64,000 nucleotides of DNA, taken from NCBI GenBank assembly GCA_041750995.1, contig JBGSYG010000018.1:18218-82217 (forward strand). Reading direction: 5' to 3'. Under the pieces are notes generated by a model. It was not told the origin of the DNA and ran no database searches. It saw nothing but the letters and a program-made list of their open reading frames with translations. This DNA comes from Pyrinomonadaceae bacterium. Lineage in GTDB: Bacteria; Acidobacteriota; Blastocatellia; Pyrinomonadales; Pyrinomonadaceae. The translations under genes were made by a program, and so were the position numbers. Shown piece by piece: positions 50,270 to 59,962 of the stretch (positions are counted from its first letter, which is position 1; each line of letters starts with the position of its first letter).

Positions 50270-51811
50270 TCACTTGATAGAGATTAGATTCTCGCTGGTA
50301 TCGTGAATCTCATCGAAGAAAGGCGGCAAGTTTTTTACAAATCTCTCGCTCTTCTCGCACAAGGGAAGTCGTACCTCGAAGCGCGTCCCTTCACCTGGTT
50401 CGCTGACAACCAGGATCTCGCCGTTGTGGCGCGTAATGATGCCATGCGAAGCAGAAAGGCCGAGGCCAGTTCCGCTTTTGCCTTTGGTGGTGAAGAACGG
50501 CTCAAAGATTCGAGCCGCAGTCTCCGGCTGCATGCCACAGCCGTTGTCGGCAACCCAGAAACAGCCGCTGTCGATTTCGGAGCGCGTGCCAATTTCAATC
50601 ACGCCACCCCCTGGCATTGCATCCACAGCATTGAAGATCAGATTGAGCACCACTTCACGCAGCTCGGCTAACTCACCCATCACATAGACTGGCCCATTGC
50701 ACTCAGCCTTTACTTCGATGGTCGCCTTCGCAGATTTACTTTGCCACTTTGGTCGGGCGATTTCGATGCTTGAAGTCAACAAGTCGGAGATGTCGACGGG
50801 CGTGAACTCTTTAGCGGAATCACGTCGCGCAAACTCGAGAATGCGTCGCAGAGTTTGCGCACCCTCTTCGACAGCGTTGGTAATGATCTTGAGACTCTTC
50901 GCGACCGCTTCATCACTAGTCCGCATCATCAAAAGCTGGGCACGTCCCTGAATCACGGTAAGCGAGTTGTTCAAATTGTGGGCGACACCAGCCGCCAGTT
51001 CGCCAACGGCTCGTAGTTTGTCCGACTGTGCTTGCAGTTCCTGATGCCGACGGCGATCGGTGACGTCGCGCAGGAAAACCAAAATGCCAGAGACCTCATT
51101 GTCTTTCCATAAAGGTGAGGTGTGCGCTTCAACATCGCGGAGAGTATCGTCAGGTCGTACGGCGCGCATTTCAAACTCCGAGTTTTCGCCAACCAGCGCG
51201 CTTTGCAGTTTACTGTTTGCGAGCTCTCGGTAATCTTCGGCAACAAACTCGATTAGGTAACGGCCCGACAGCATGAAAGAACTTCCGCCCTCGCCCCGCT
51301 CGTTCATCCAGGTGATTCGTCCGTTACTATCAAGAGCGTAGATTTCCTCCGGACTGCGATCGGCAATACTCGCGATGAATGAGCGCTGCGCTAGCGCCTC
51401 AGCTTCAGCCCTGCGCAGTTCTGAAATATCACGTGCAATTACGACTGCACTGCGCGGTGCGCTGTCATCGCCGGGCTCAGGCTGAACGGTAACGAGGGTT
51501 GGTTTTGCTTCGTCACCGACAAGCAACTCAACTTCAACTCGCTGTCCAGTCGTTAATGCGCGATCCACGATGCAGTTTTCCGTACCCTCCACCCGCCAGA
51601 ACATCTCGCAGCAGCGCCGGCCCTTGAGCCAGGCAGCCGAACGGCCTTGCAGGAGGGCGCCACTGTTGTTGGCTGTTGTCAGGAGGCCCTGACTATCGAA
51701 CGCGTAGATCGGATCCGCGAGGGCGTTGCAGAAACTCAGCAAGAGATCGGCGGGCATGGCCTCGGTCGAGGCAGAATCGTCTAGATAAGTCGTGTTGCTT
51801 TCGTTAGTCAT
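50270..51811 (-). CDS. Cytoplasmic PAS-PAS sensor histidine kinase
   Basis: The H-box is GVAHNLNNSL and the ATPase motifs are DNGCGM and GTGLGLS. The transmitter is closely similar to that of the 1712-aa kinase. Confidence 0.9.
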   Translation of the reverse strand: MTNESNTTYLDDSASTEAMPADLLLSFCNALADPIYAFDSQGLLTTANNSGALLQGRSAAWLKGRRCCEMFWRVEGTENCIVDRALTTGQRVEVELLVGDEAKPTLVTVQPEPGDDSAPRSAVVIARDISELRRAEAEALAQRSFIASIADRSPEEIYALDSNGRITWMNERGEGGSSFMLSGRYLIEFVAEDYRELANSKLQSALVGENSEFEMRAVRPDDTLRDVEAHTSPLWKDNEVSGILVFLRDVTDRRRHQELQAQSDKLRAVGELAAGVAHNLNNSLTVIQGRAQLLMMRTSDEAVAKSLKIITNAVEEGAQTLRRILEFARRDSAKEFTPVDISDLLTSSIEIARPKWQSKSAKATIEVKAECNGPVYVMGELAELREVVLNLIFNAVDAMPGGGVIEIGTRSEIDSGCFWVADNGCGMQPETAARIFEPFFTTKGKSGTGLGLSASHGIITRHNGEILVVSEPGEGTRFEVRLPLCEKSERFVKNLPPFFDEIHDTSENLISIK

Positions 51812-52000
51812 TGAGTTAGGGACTTTCGGAGTAGCTGGTGGGGCTGACTGTGGAAGGACCGCCCGGCAGGCAACTACATCCTAGCAAATTGCGGCAAAGG
51901 CTTGCCAGCATAAAGTTCGCAGGCCTGCGAACGGGCCAGATGAGTGAGTGTCTTGTTTCCAGGAGTTGTGGAGCCAGCAATCAAAGGCTTAAGTGCGCCA

Positions 52001-52038
52001 AACAAACGAATAGGGCGGACTTATTGGGTCCGCCCTAT
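52001..52038 (-). terminator. Probable intrinsic terminator of the TonB-dependent receptor gene
   Basis: TAGGGCGGAC (52011-52020) pairs with GTCCGCCCTA (52029-52038). On the minus strand it is followed by TTCGTTTGTT. Confidence 0.6.
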
Positions 52039-52068
52039 CGGTGTGTTTATAACTCAGGACTGCTGAGT

Positions 52069-55000
52069 TTAGAAGTTGAAGCGCGCCGCAAACTGAATCT
52101 GCCGCTCGCGGAATACCGTGTTGCCCGCCTCGCTGGGCACGGTGAACAGCCGATCCACAATCAGTACCGGAGTTCCCAGCGGAACGCCAGGCGCGTTAGC
52201 CGCAGTCGCCGTGGAGACAGTGTAAAGCGTAGTTCCACGGTTGGTGATGTTGACGCGATTGAAGAGGTTGAATGCCTCGCCGAGGACTTCGAAATTCACC
52301 GTTTCTGTAATGTGGAAGCGGCGCGAGACGCGCAGGTCAACATTAAAGGTCTTCGGGAAGCGGAATGAATTACGCCCAAAGAGTGGGAAACGACTCGAGC
52401 CGCCAGCTCCAAGGATTCCAAAGCTGGCTGCGGATGAGAGCGCCGATCCACCACAAACGGCTGCATTCGTGCAGGCCGGGGCGTTGCCGCTTACACCTGC
52501 CGAATTCGGACGTCCTGAAGAAATCTGCACGATCGGCGCGATTGTGAAGCCGTTGAAGATTGCCCTACCAACTTTATTGTCCGCTGAGAAGAAGTCAGGA
52601 TTCCAAACCACGCTGGCGACGAAACGATTCTTCAGATCGAAATCTGCCGGACCATTCTCGAAGCTGTAGTCAAACGGATTGAGCGGCACATTGGGAGAAG
52701 TAAACGTCTGTGAAGCCTGTCCCGTGTCGGTCGCTCGCGCTCTCGTGTAGTTGATTTGAAATTGCAGGCCTTTGCTTAGACGGCGATTTAGTTGCAGCAC
52801 GAGCGCCTCGTACTCAGACTTGATGCTGCTGCGAATCTCGGTCATGCGCGCAAAGTTGGCATTTGGACGGCTGGTGAATCGCGGGAAGCGAAAGACCTGT
52901 CCGTTCAAATCGCCGCCGACCACAGTGTACGGAGTGACCTGCGTGGCAGCATTCAAATTAGTATCCACAAATGTCGGCAGGCGGCGACCAAGGCTAACCA
53001 GGAATGACACCGAAGCGACGGTATTTTTTGCGATTTCACGTTCGAAAACGAGGTCGGCCTGGTGAATCTGCGGATTCGCCATGTGCTCATCGAAGAAGAT
53101 GATATCGGGGCGAAATGTCGTCAGCGGCGGCGCAGCGGCCAAAGTGTTTGGATAACTAGGAGCGCCTGCCGTGGTCGGTGAGAAACTGAACTGCAGCTGT
53201 CCACTCGTGTTGCCCGTGTTAGTGATGGCGTTAGAGATGGTCGAGTTAATAATACGACCATAGTAAATTCCGTAACCGCCTCTAACCGAGGTCTTGCCGT
53301 CGCCTTTGATGTCGTAAGCAAAACCAAAGCGTGGGCCCCAGTTGTTCTTGTCCGCCGGGAACACGCTTGTTTGCGGAACGGCTGGATTTGGAATCTGCGG
53401 TTCAGGAAGTTTCTCGTATTCATAACGCAAACCGAGGTTGACGGTCAGCTTCGGACTGACGCGGAAATCATCCTGAATGAAGAAGTTGTAGTCAGTGGTT
53501 TTAAAGAAGAATGCGCTCGGTCCAAATCCCTGTCCGTAACTGCTGTAACACCGTTGACTGAAGGACGTTCCGCACCTCCCAGTGGGAAAGGCAAAGTCGC
53601 TGATGAAATCGACGACGTTGCTGTAGCTATACGCTCCGCCTTCCTGAAAAAGGTTGTCGAGCAAATCGCTGACGCGATTTACGTCACCGCCAAACTTCAG
53701 GGTGTGATTACCCATCGAGTAAGTAACGGTGTCAGCAAACTGCCAGCGCTTTTCATCCGGATAAGCGCGGCGCTCGAGGAAGTTTGGTTTGCCAAACGTC
53801 AGACCGCCACTGCCAATTGATACTGAAGGTGGACGACCATTCAAACCAGTCGTGGGCTCGCCGGGTGCTGGCGTCTGACTAAGTTGAAATTCGTTATCGC
53901 GACCATATTGGAAACGTGCTTCATTGAGCAACACAGGTGAGATGGTGGACGACAAGCGCAGGTTAAGCGCATCAACGTTAACGAAGTCGTCACCAAAGCT
54001 GGCGATGCCGCGGGTGACGACGGCCTGGGATTGAATTCCAGCGGGCGACTCGGCGCGCAGGCGATTGTAAGTTGCGCTGAAAGTATTGTTGCCGTTGATC
54101 TGCCAGTCGATCTTAGGAAGATAAATGGTTTGGTCGCGGCGACGAGGAACTTCGCCCGTCAACCCACGCAGGAAAGCGAATGCTGCGTCGCGCTGGGCGT
54201 TAGTGACACCACGCGAAGTAAGTGTTGCCTGCTGGGTCGATGTCAGGCTGAAGAAAGTCAAACTGCTCGGCGCGGCGACGGCCGGGAAGTCCTGCTTCTG
54301 CTGGTCGAAGCTGAAGAAGAAGAAGAGCTTGTCTTTGACGATCGGCCCGCCGATCGCGCCGCCATATTGTAGCCGGCGATCCTTTGGCTTGAGCCCCACC
54401 ACCTGATTACCAGTCGGCGTAGCAATCGTTTGGAAGCTGAAAGCGTTGCGAGCGCCCCACTTGTTATCGCGATCGTAGAAGAAAGCCGAACCGTGGAAGT
54501 CGTTCGTACCACTCTTGGTTACCGCGTTGACGACGCCGCCGGCGGCGCGGCCATACTCGGCTGAGTAGTTGGAAGTATTTACCTGAAACTCGCGAATCGC
54601 TGCCTGGCTGATGACGTAGGGGATGCGGGTACGACCACGCTCTTCAGAGAAGAACGCCTGGTTGTTGTCGCCGCCGTCAACCGTATTGTTGTTCAGCAAG
54701 CCGGAAACGCCACGAAAACTGATTAGTCCGAAGGCGCCGTCAGGAACCGCGCCGGGAGTCAGCAGCGCAAAGTTGGACCAACGACGACCGTTAATCGGCA
54801 GTTCGTTAATTGAGGTTTGGTTGACGTTAGTCGAGAAGTCCTGCTGCGAGGTGTTGATGACCGGAGCTTCCGCAGTAACTTCGACTGTTCCGGAAACGGG
54901 ACCAATCTGCACGCCCGCGTTCACTTCAGTGACGCGTCCCACCTCAACTACGAGGTTATCCTGAGTGTACAAGCCGAAACCGGTCGCATTAACCGAGACG

Positions 55001-55239
55001 GTGTAGGTTCCGGGCTGCAAGTTAACGATGCGGAAGCGGCCTTGATCATCGGTTGTCGCCGTGTCCTCTTTGTTCGTTTCAGAGTTACGAACGGTCACGG
55101 CCGCGCCAGCTACCACCTCATTGTTGGGATTAGTTACCGACCCACCGATAGCGCCGGAGGTCGTGGACTGTGCCATCGCAATGCCACTCATAGCGATGAC
55201 AAAGGTAAACACGAAAGCGAGCTTCAGAATTTTCGACAT
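52069..55239 (-). CDS. TonB-dependent outer-membrane receptor with N-terminal CarboxypepD_reg-like domain
   Basis: The signal peptide is MSKILKLAFVFTFVIAMSGIAMA. A carboxypeptidase-regulatory-like beta sandwich (GGSVTNPNNEVVAGAAVTV) is followed by a plug and a long barrel ending ...AARFNF. I placed the start at ATG 55239 (AAGGAG upstream). Confidence 0.9.
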   Translation of the reverse strand: MSKILKLAFVFTFVIAMSGIAMAQSTTSGAIGGSVTNPNNEVVAGAAVTVRNSETNKEDTATTDDQGRFRIVNLQPGTYTVSVNATGFGLYTQDNLVVEVGRVTEVNAGVQIGPVSGTVEVTAEAPVINTSQQDFSTNVNQTSINELPINGRRWSNFALLTPGAVPDGAFGLISFRGVSGLLNNNTVDGGDNNQAFFSEERGRTRIPYVISQAAIREFQVNTSNYSAEYGRAAGGVVNAVTKSGTNDFHGSAFFYDRDNKWGARNAFSFQTIATPTGNQVVGLKPKDRRLQYGGAIGGPIVKDKLFFFFSFDQQKQDFPAVAAPSSLTFFSLTSTQQATLTSRGVTNAQRDAAFAFLRGLTGEVPRRRDQTIYLPKIDWQINGNNTFSATYNRLRAESPAGIQSQAVVTRGIASFGDDFVNVDALNLRLSSTISPVLLNEARFQYGRDNEFQLSQTPAPGEPTTGLNGRPPSVSIGSGGLTFGKPNFLERRAYPDEKRWQFADTVTYSMGNHTLKFGGDVNRVSDLLDNLFQEGGAYSYSNVVDFISDFAFPTGRCGTSFSQRCYSSYGQGFGPSAFFFKTTDYNFFIQDDFRVSPKLTVNLGLRYEYEKLPEPQIPNPAVPQTSVFPADKNNWGPRFGFAYDIKGDGKTSVRGGYGIYYGRIINSTISNAITNTGNTSGQLQFSFSPTTAGAPSYPNTLAAAPPLTTFRPDIIFFDEHMANPQIHQADLVFEREIAKNTVASVSFLVSLGRRLPTFVDTNLNAATQVTPYTVVGGDLNGQVFRFPRFTSRPNANFARMTEIRSSIKSEYEALVLQLNRRLSKGLQFQINYTRARATDTGQASQTFTSPNVPLNPFDYSFENGPADFDLKNRFVASVVWNPDFFSADNKVGRAIFNGFTIAPIVQISSGRPNSAGVSGNAPACTNAAVCGGSALSSAASFGILGAGGSSRFPLFGRNSFRFPKTFNVDLRVSRRFHITETVNFEVLGEAFNLFNRVNITNRGTTLYTVSTATAANAPGVPLGTPVLIVDRLFTVPSEAGNTVFRERQIQFAARFNF

Positions 55240-55682
55240 ATACAGGAACTCCTTAAGCAATTAGTGACAGTTGAGGTAGCCTCTGCGTGATGACCACAGA
55301 GGGCGCAGACGTGACCTTGAATTCGATTGCGACGGGAACTAAGCAAGTCAAGATGATTAGGACGACTAGAACCAATCTGTAGGATTCGGTCTTCTACCAT
55401 GTGAAGCTGGGTTGGCGCAAGCATAATGCAGTGAAATCGAGCTTAATTAATTGCGCGCTTCGAGTCCGAAGACGATCTGGCGAACTCCAACATACGCCCT
55501 CTTTCGCAATACTTGTGCCGAGTGAGCACGATTAGAATGAGGTCGGATAAGGCTAAGCTTTTCACGCGTTGTATAGAATCAGACAGTTTGAGCTCTGCAA
55601 TGATTCCTCAGGAATTTGGATTTTATTGGAAATTCAGGAAATCGATTTGCTTGTCGCAGCAGCAATTCACTGCGACTTTTCG

Positions 55683-56885
55683 CTAAACACGCTCGACAAT
55701 CATTGCGATACCCTGACCACCGCCGATGCACGCTGTGGTTAAAGCATAACGAGCTTGACGACGGCGCAATTCGAGCAGCGCGGTAAGGACCAGACGCGTT
55801 CCGGTTGCGCCCAGTGGATGTCCAAGCGCAATCGCTCCGCCGTTTACGTTGGTCTTTGAGCGATCGAGACCCAGCTCTTTTTCCACTGCCAGGTATTGCG
55901 CGGCGAATGCCTCGTTAACTTCGATCAAATCCATGTCAGAAAGTTTTAGTCCTGCTTTCTCTAAAGCCATGCGCGTTGCGGGCACAGGCCCGATACCCAT
56001 TATCTCCGGCTCTACCCCGGCATAGGCCCAGCTGACAATTCGCCCCAGCGGCCTCACTCCCTTGTTTTTGACATACTCTTCACCGGTGATTACCAGGGCT
56101 GCGGCACCGTCAACAATTCCTGAGGCGTTTCCGGCAGTGACGAAACCATCCTTTGCAAAAGCAGGACGCAGCTTGGCTAACCCTTCAAGCGTGGTTTCCG
56201 GCCTCAAGTGATCATCCTGCTCAAACATGAAACTGCCTTTGCGTGACTTAACTTCCACGGGGACGATCTCTTCGGAAAAGTAAGAAGCCTCGCGCGCGCG
56301 TTTCGCTTCCTGTTGCGAGCGATAGGCATAGGCGTCTTGCTCTTCCCGCGAAACTTTAAACTTGCGCGCCAGGTTCTCTGCTGTGCCAGCCATCGGCGTG
56401 TTGCAGTAAGTATCGAGCAAAGCCACCATCAAGCTGTCCTCAAGCTTCCCTTCGCCCAGGGCAAATCCTGAACGCGCGCCTCTAAGCACATGCGGCGCTT
56501 GCGACATCGATTCGATCCCGCCGACCAGCGCGGTGTTGGCTTCACCCAGTTGAATCATCTGGGCGCCTGAGACTATCGCTTGAATTCCGCTGCCGCAGAG
56601 TCGGTTGACAGTTAGAGCTGGTCGATCAAACGGGACGCCGGTTTTTAGAGCGACGTGTCGCGCGCCGTAGATCGCATCGCCGGAAGTTTGTAAGGCGTTA
56701 CCAATAACTGTGTGATCGATTTCTTCGGGGCTAACCCCTGTTGCCTCGAAGGCTCCGCGCGCTGCCACGGCCCCCAAATCTATTGCTGAAATGTCCTTCA
56801 ATGCGCCAACGTATTGACCCATTGGCGTCCGTTTGCCACCGAGAATAAAAACGTCCTTTGCCATAGTCGAGATTGCCTGCTCCAT
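55683..56885 (-). CDS. Acetyl-CoA C-acetyltransferase (thiolase II)
   Basis: It has the acyl-Cys context NRLCGSGIQA, the NEAFAAQ and GAIALGHPLGATG motifs, and the C-terminal CIGGGQGIAMIVE. The start is either ATG 56885 or ATG 56864 (MAKDVFILGG). Confidence 0.9.
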   Translation of the reverse strand: MEQAISTMAKDVFILGGKRTPMGQYVGALKDISAIDLGAVAARGAFEATGVSPEEIDHTVIGNALQTSGDAIYGARHVALKTGVPFDRPALTVNRLCGSGIQAIVSGAQMIQLGEANTALVGGIESMSQAPHVLRGARSGFALGEGKLEDSLMVALLDTYCNTPMAGTAENLARKFKVSREEQDAYAYRSQQEAKRAREASYFSEEIVPVEVKSRKGSFMFEQDDHLRPETTLEGLAKLRPAFAKDGFVTAGNASGIVDGAAALVITGEEYVKNKGVRPLGRIVSWAYAGVEPEIMGIGPVPATRMALEKAGLKLSDMDLIEVNEAFAAQYLAVEKELGLDRSKTNVNGGAIALGHPLGATGTRLVLTALLELRRRQARYALTTACIGGGQGIAMIVERV

Positions 56886-56965
56886 TCGTAAAATTGTGAA
56901 CTCCTGACGCTAGCAAATGAACTGAAAAGGGTCAAACCAAGGCAATGCGGGAGTTTGCAAAACCT

Positions 56966-57207
56966 TAATCTTTGGCGATTGCGATTGGCTTATTGACTGC
57001 TTAGTGGCGATTGAACCAGCTATGGGCCATTCAAGAGTTCAAGTGTGTTGAAGTTCTGAAGGATTCAGTCGTGAGGGAGACGCGCGATGGACTTCCTAGT
57101 GTGATTTATTTCTTATTCTTCCTGGCGAACTTGGCGATCCTTGGCGCCTTGGCGGTGAAATCGTTGCAGTCTGCCACTCTCCAATTGGCAATTGGCAATC
57201 GGCAACC
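56966..57207. repeat. Several short arrays: GGCGATT words (56966-57014), CTTGGCG words (57121-57156), CAATTGG/CAATCGG words (57181-57207)
   Basis: Read directly. The first and last blocks are reverse complements of each other. Confidence 0.7.
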
Positions 57208-57215
57208 GAAATTAC

Positions 57216-58037
57216 TCATTCTTTGAAGCGGTGCACGGCGCGGTAACGATGAAGCAGTTCTTCTAAAAAGCCCTCATAGGTGAACGTCGATAAGTCGTAT
57301 CCAGGTCGCATCTGATACAACAAGGGAATCGTAACTCGCCACGCCATCCACTGGCGCGCCGCATCGCCAAGCTCCCAACGCCGCCGCAGAAAAGTTTCCA
57401 CTACCTCAATCTGTGCTTCGCTCAGGTTATTAACGGTGCCTGTAAAGTCGACTGGCGGAAAAGCGCGGCGCAAAGCCGGATCGCTGATGGGGGCAGCGAA
57501 CACCTCATCGAATGCCGGCGCTTCAGCATCGCGTTCGCGCACAACAACTGTTCCTGCGATCAGATCTCCAACTCTTTGATCAATGCTGCTGACAAAAACT
57601 GAGATGAGGCCGATTGAATAGAACGGCGCCGGCATCATGTCGAAACTGCGCAGCAGGTTCCTGACTGTCGCTTCCCAGAATGTAACTGGTCGCCCGTCTT
57701 CACGAATAACGCGCAGCTTCAACCAGCGTTTGCCCGGAGTCTGTCCGCTCCAAACGCATTCGAAAAAAGCAAAATAGCCCGACACGATCAGAAACAGAAT
57801 CACGATCAAAATTGCATACACCCATTTCGGCGCGGCGTTCAGCCTCTCTCCAAGAGTCGAAACATTTGCCAGCGTCATGAAGGCAATGATCATCAAGGAG
57901 ACTGTTATGGCTTGAATAGCGTGATCGATCGCACAGGCGAGGAAACGATTGCCGATGGACGCGAGCGCAAAATGAAGCTGAACGCGCTCGGGCGTTTCAA
58001 TAATCAGAACGTCTTCTGTAGCGACTGCAGAAGACAT
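57216..58037 (-). CDS. RDD-family membrane protein with C-terminal soluble extension
   Basis: GNRFLACAIDHAIQ opens the family, and three TM segments plus the R..D..D context (VGDLIAGTVVVRERD) follow. Confidence 0.75.
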   Translation of the reverse strand: MSSAVATEDVLIIETPERVQLHFALASIGNRFLACAIDHAIQAITVSLMIIAFMTLANVSTLGERLNAAPKWVYAILIVILFLIVSGYFAFFECVWSGQTPGKRWLKLRVIREDGRPVTFWEATVRNLLRSFDMMPAPFYSIGLISVFVSSIDQRVGDLIAGTVVVRERDAEAPAFDEVFAAPISDPALRRAFPPVDFTGTVNNLSEAQIEVVETFLRRRWELGDAARQWMAWRVTIPLLYQMRPGYDLSTFTYEGFLEELLHRYRAVHRFKE

Positions 58038-58039
58038 TT

Positions 58040-58456
58040 CTAAAGTGCGCCAAGCTGTTTATACATCGTCATGAAATCGAAGTTGTTCCAAGCCTCAACA
58101 ATTTGGCCTTTTTCAATTCGGACGATCGTAATTCCTGTAAACTCTGTCGATTGCCCGGTCGCAGCGAAGCCCAAACTATCTGACTGATGCTTACCGCGCA
58201 CTAAGCAACGAGCCGCCACCTTGTCGCCTTCGGCAATTGTGTCTTCAACTACGACTTCAATCTCCGGGAAAGCAGCGCGAAACTTTCGGAAGAAAGGCTT
58301 GAAGTCTTGCGGGCCACGCAAGGCGTTCCCAGCCTCGTCAGCGAGCCCATGCGCGATGCCCTCCGCCGCAAACAACTCATCGATCACTTCTTCGCGACCT
58401 TGATTCCAAACCTCCTCAAACCATCGTTGGATGAGGGCTTTGTTTTCGTCAGACAT
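58040..58456 (-). CDS. SnoaL-like / predicted ester cyclase
   Basis: The start NKALIQRWFEEVWNQG is typical of the ester-cyclase subgroup of NTF2-like proteins. Confidence 0.8.
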   Translation of the reverse strand: MSDENKALIQRWFEEVWNQGREEVIDELFAAEGIAHGLADEAGNALRGPQDFKPFFRKFRAAFPEIEVVVEDTIAEGDKVAARCLVRGKHQSDSLGFAATGQSTEFTGITIVRIEKGQIVEAWNNFDFMTMYKQLGAL

Positions 58457-58566
58457 AATTTTCGTCCCTTAAAAATTGCCTTTCCTGGACAAGGTTAGGT
58501 TCTGTCGGCAAAAATGCCGTTAGGATCCGTCTCCAATTTTTTTAGCTCCATTAGCAGCGACACAAG

Positions 58567-58682
58567 GCGCTCTTCCGGAGCGCGAGAATTCATCAGAATT
58601 TGTGAAGTATGAACATTCCGCTCCTGCGGAGCTTCTAAAATGAAAGCCAGGTTTAGCTATAAACATGCGGCTCCCTCGGAGC
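58567..58682. repeat. Second cluster of GC-hairpin/ATGTTTAT modules (three units)
   Basis: The units are GCGCTC-ttccg-GAGCGC (58567-58583), tatgaacattcc+GCTCC-tgc-GGAGC (58608-58632) and tataaacatgcg+GCTCC-ctc-GGAGC (58658-58682). On the minus strand each hairpin precedes ATGTTTAT/ATGTTCAT, downstream of tyrS. Confidence 0.75.
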
Positions 58683-58693
58683 TTTGTCTACTT

Positions 58694-59920
58694 TCACCTT
58701 CCACTTACTCGAACAAAACGGCGTTTGCCAACCTTGATGTCGAATCCTGGCTTGCCCGGTTGGACGGGATAGGATTTGTTCGTGTTCGGATCGCACCGCT
58801 CGCCATCAACGTATACTCCGCCTTGTTCAATGAGCCGACGCGCTTCAGCTTTTGAGGAAGCTAGTTCAAGTTCCACAAGCAAGTCTCTCAACTCCCACGT
58901 ATCAAAGCGAACGGTTCGCTCTTCAATCTCTTCGGGTGCTTCCTTACGTCTGAAGATTCGATTGAAATCCTCTTCTGCAGTGTTTGCCGCGTCAAGGGAA
59001 TAAAAGTCAGTAATGATTCGCTTTGCCAACTCGGCTTTCAAATCCCGCGGGTTAGACTGTCCCGCCGCGGCAGTTTCGCGCAGCCTATTGATCTCTGATA
59101 ACGGAAGATCGGTCAGCAGTTCATAGTACCGCCACATTAGGTCATCCGAGATCGACATTACTTTTCCGAAAATCTCCGCGGGTGGTTCGTTGATGCCGAT
59201 GTAATTCCCGAGGCTCTTCGACATCTTCTGCACGCCATCAGTTCCTTCAAGGAGCGGCATGATCACACAGACCTGCGCTTCCTGCTGGTACTCGCGCTGC
59301 AGATTCCGCCCCATCAGTAGATTGAACTTTTGATCGCTGCCACCAAGTTCAACATCTGCTTGCAGAGCGACCGAGTCGTACGCCTGCGTCAAGGGATAAA
59401 GCAGCTCGTGGAGTGCGACTGGCTTTTCTTCTTGCAAACGCTTCGCGAAGTCGTCGCGTTCGAGAATTTGTTTCACTGTGACATGCGCGGCTAGTCGAAT
59501 GAAACCAGCGGAGCCCAGCTTGTCCATCCACTCCGAGTTGAAGCGCATTTCCGTCTTCTCGGGATCGAGCAGCTTGAAGATCTGTGTCTTATAAGTTTCA
59601 GCGTTGGCATTGATTTCATCGCGCGTTAATTGCGGTCGCGTGGCGGAGTTGCCTGAGGGATCGCCGATCAGTCCCGTGAAGTCGCCAATCAAAAAGATGA
59701 CTGTATGGCCGAGCTTCTGAAACGCACGCAGCTTGCGAATGACTACGGTGTGGCCCAGATGGATGTCTGGTGCTGTTGGATCGACGCCCAGTTTTACGCG
59801 CAAAGGTTTTCCGGTTGCAGCCGCCTTCTCGAGCTTGGTGCGTAATTCATTCTCACGAATGATGTCCACCGTGCCCTGACACAGGATTTCAAGTTGTTCG
59901 TCGATTGTCATTGTTGTCAT
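58694..59920 (-). CDS. tyrS: Tyrosine--tRNA ligase
   Basis: The HIGH-type motif (PDIHLGH), KMSKS (VQKMSKSLGN) and a C-terminal S4-like domain are present. I placed the start at ATG 59920 (or 59911); the track TTG 59977 start adds translated repeat (DSRFTIHDLRFT). Confidence 0.9.
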   Translation of the reverse strand: MTTMTIDEQLEILCQGTVDIIRENELRTKLEKAAATGKPLRVKLGVDPTAPDIHLGHTVVIRKLRAFQKLGHTVIFLIGDFTGLIGDPSGNSATRPQLTRDEINANAETYKTQIFKLLDPEKTEMRFNSEWMDKLGSAGFIRLAAHVTVKQILERDDFAKRLQEEKPVALHELLYPLTQAYDSVALQADVELGGSDQKFNLLMGRNLQREYQQEAQVCVIMPLLEGTDGVQKMSKSLGNYIGINEPPAEIFGKVMSISDDLMWRYYELLTDLPLSEINRLRETAAAGQSNPRDLKAELAKRIITDFYSLDAANTAEEDFNRIFRRKEAPEEIEERTVRFDTWELRDLLVELELASSKAEARRLIEQGGVYVDGERCDPNTNKSYPVQPGKPGFDIKVGKRRFVRVSGR

Positions 59921-59958
59921 CGTAAATCGTAAATCGTGAATCGTAAATCGTGAATCGC
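59921..59958. repeat. Heptamer array CGTAAAT/CGTGAAT, about 5.5 units, abutting the tyrS start codon
   Basis: Read directly. Confidence 0.9.
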
Positions 59959-59962
59959 CTTT

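Noticed and set aside
55240-55682. Riboswitch (for example cobalamin) in the long leader of the TonB-dependent receptor
   Set aside because: I looked for a B12-box-like GCCACTG core and other familiar riboswitch cores on the minus strand and recognised none. Only a small hairpin is visible at 55281-55304. I cannot exclude a structured RNA without a covariance-model scan.
57011-57226. 71-aa plus-strand ORF (..LANLAILGALAVKSLQSATLQLAIGNRQ..)
   Set aside because: It is composed of the CTTGGCG and CAATTGG arrays, so it is a repeat translation.
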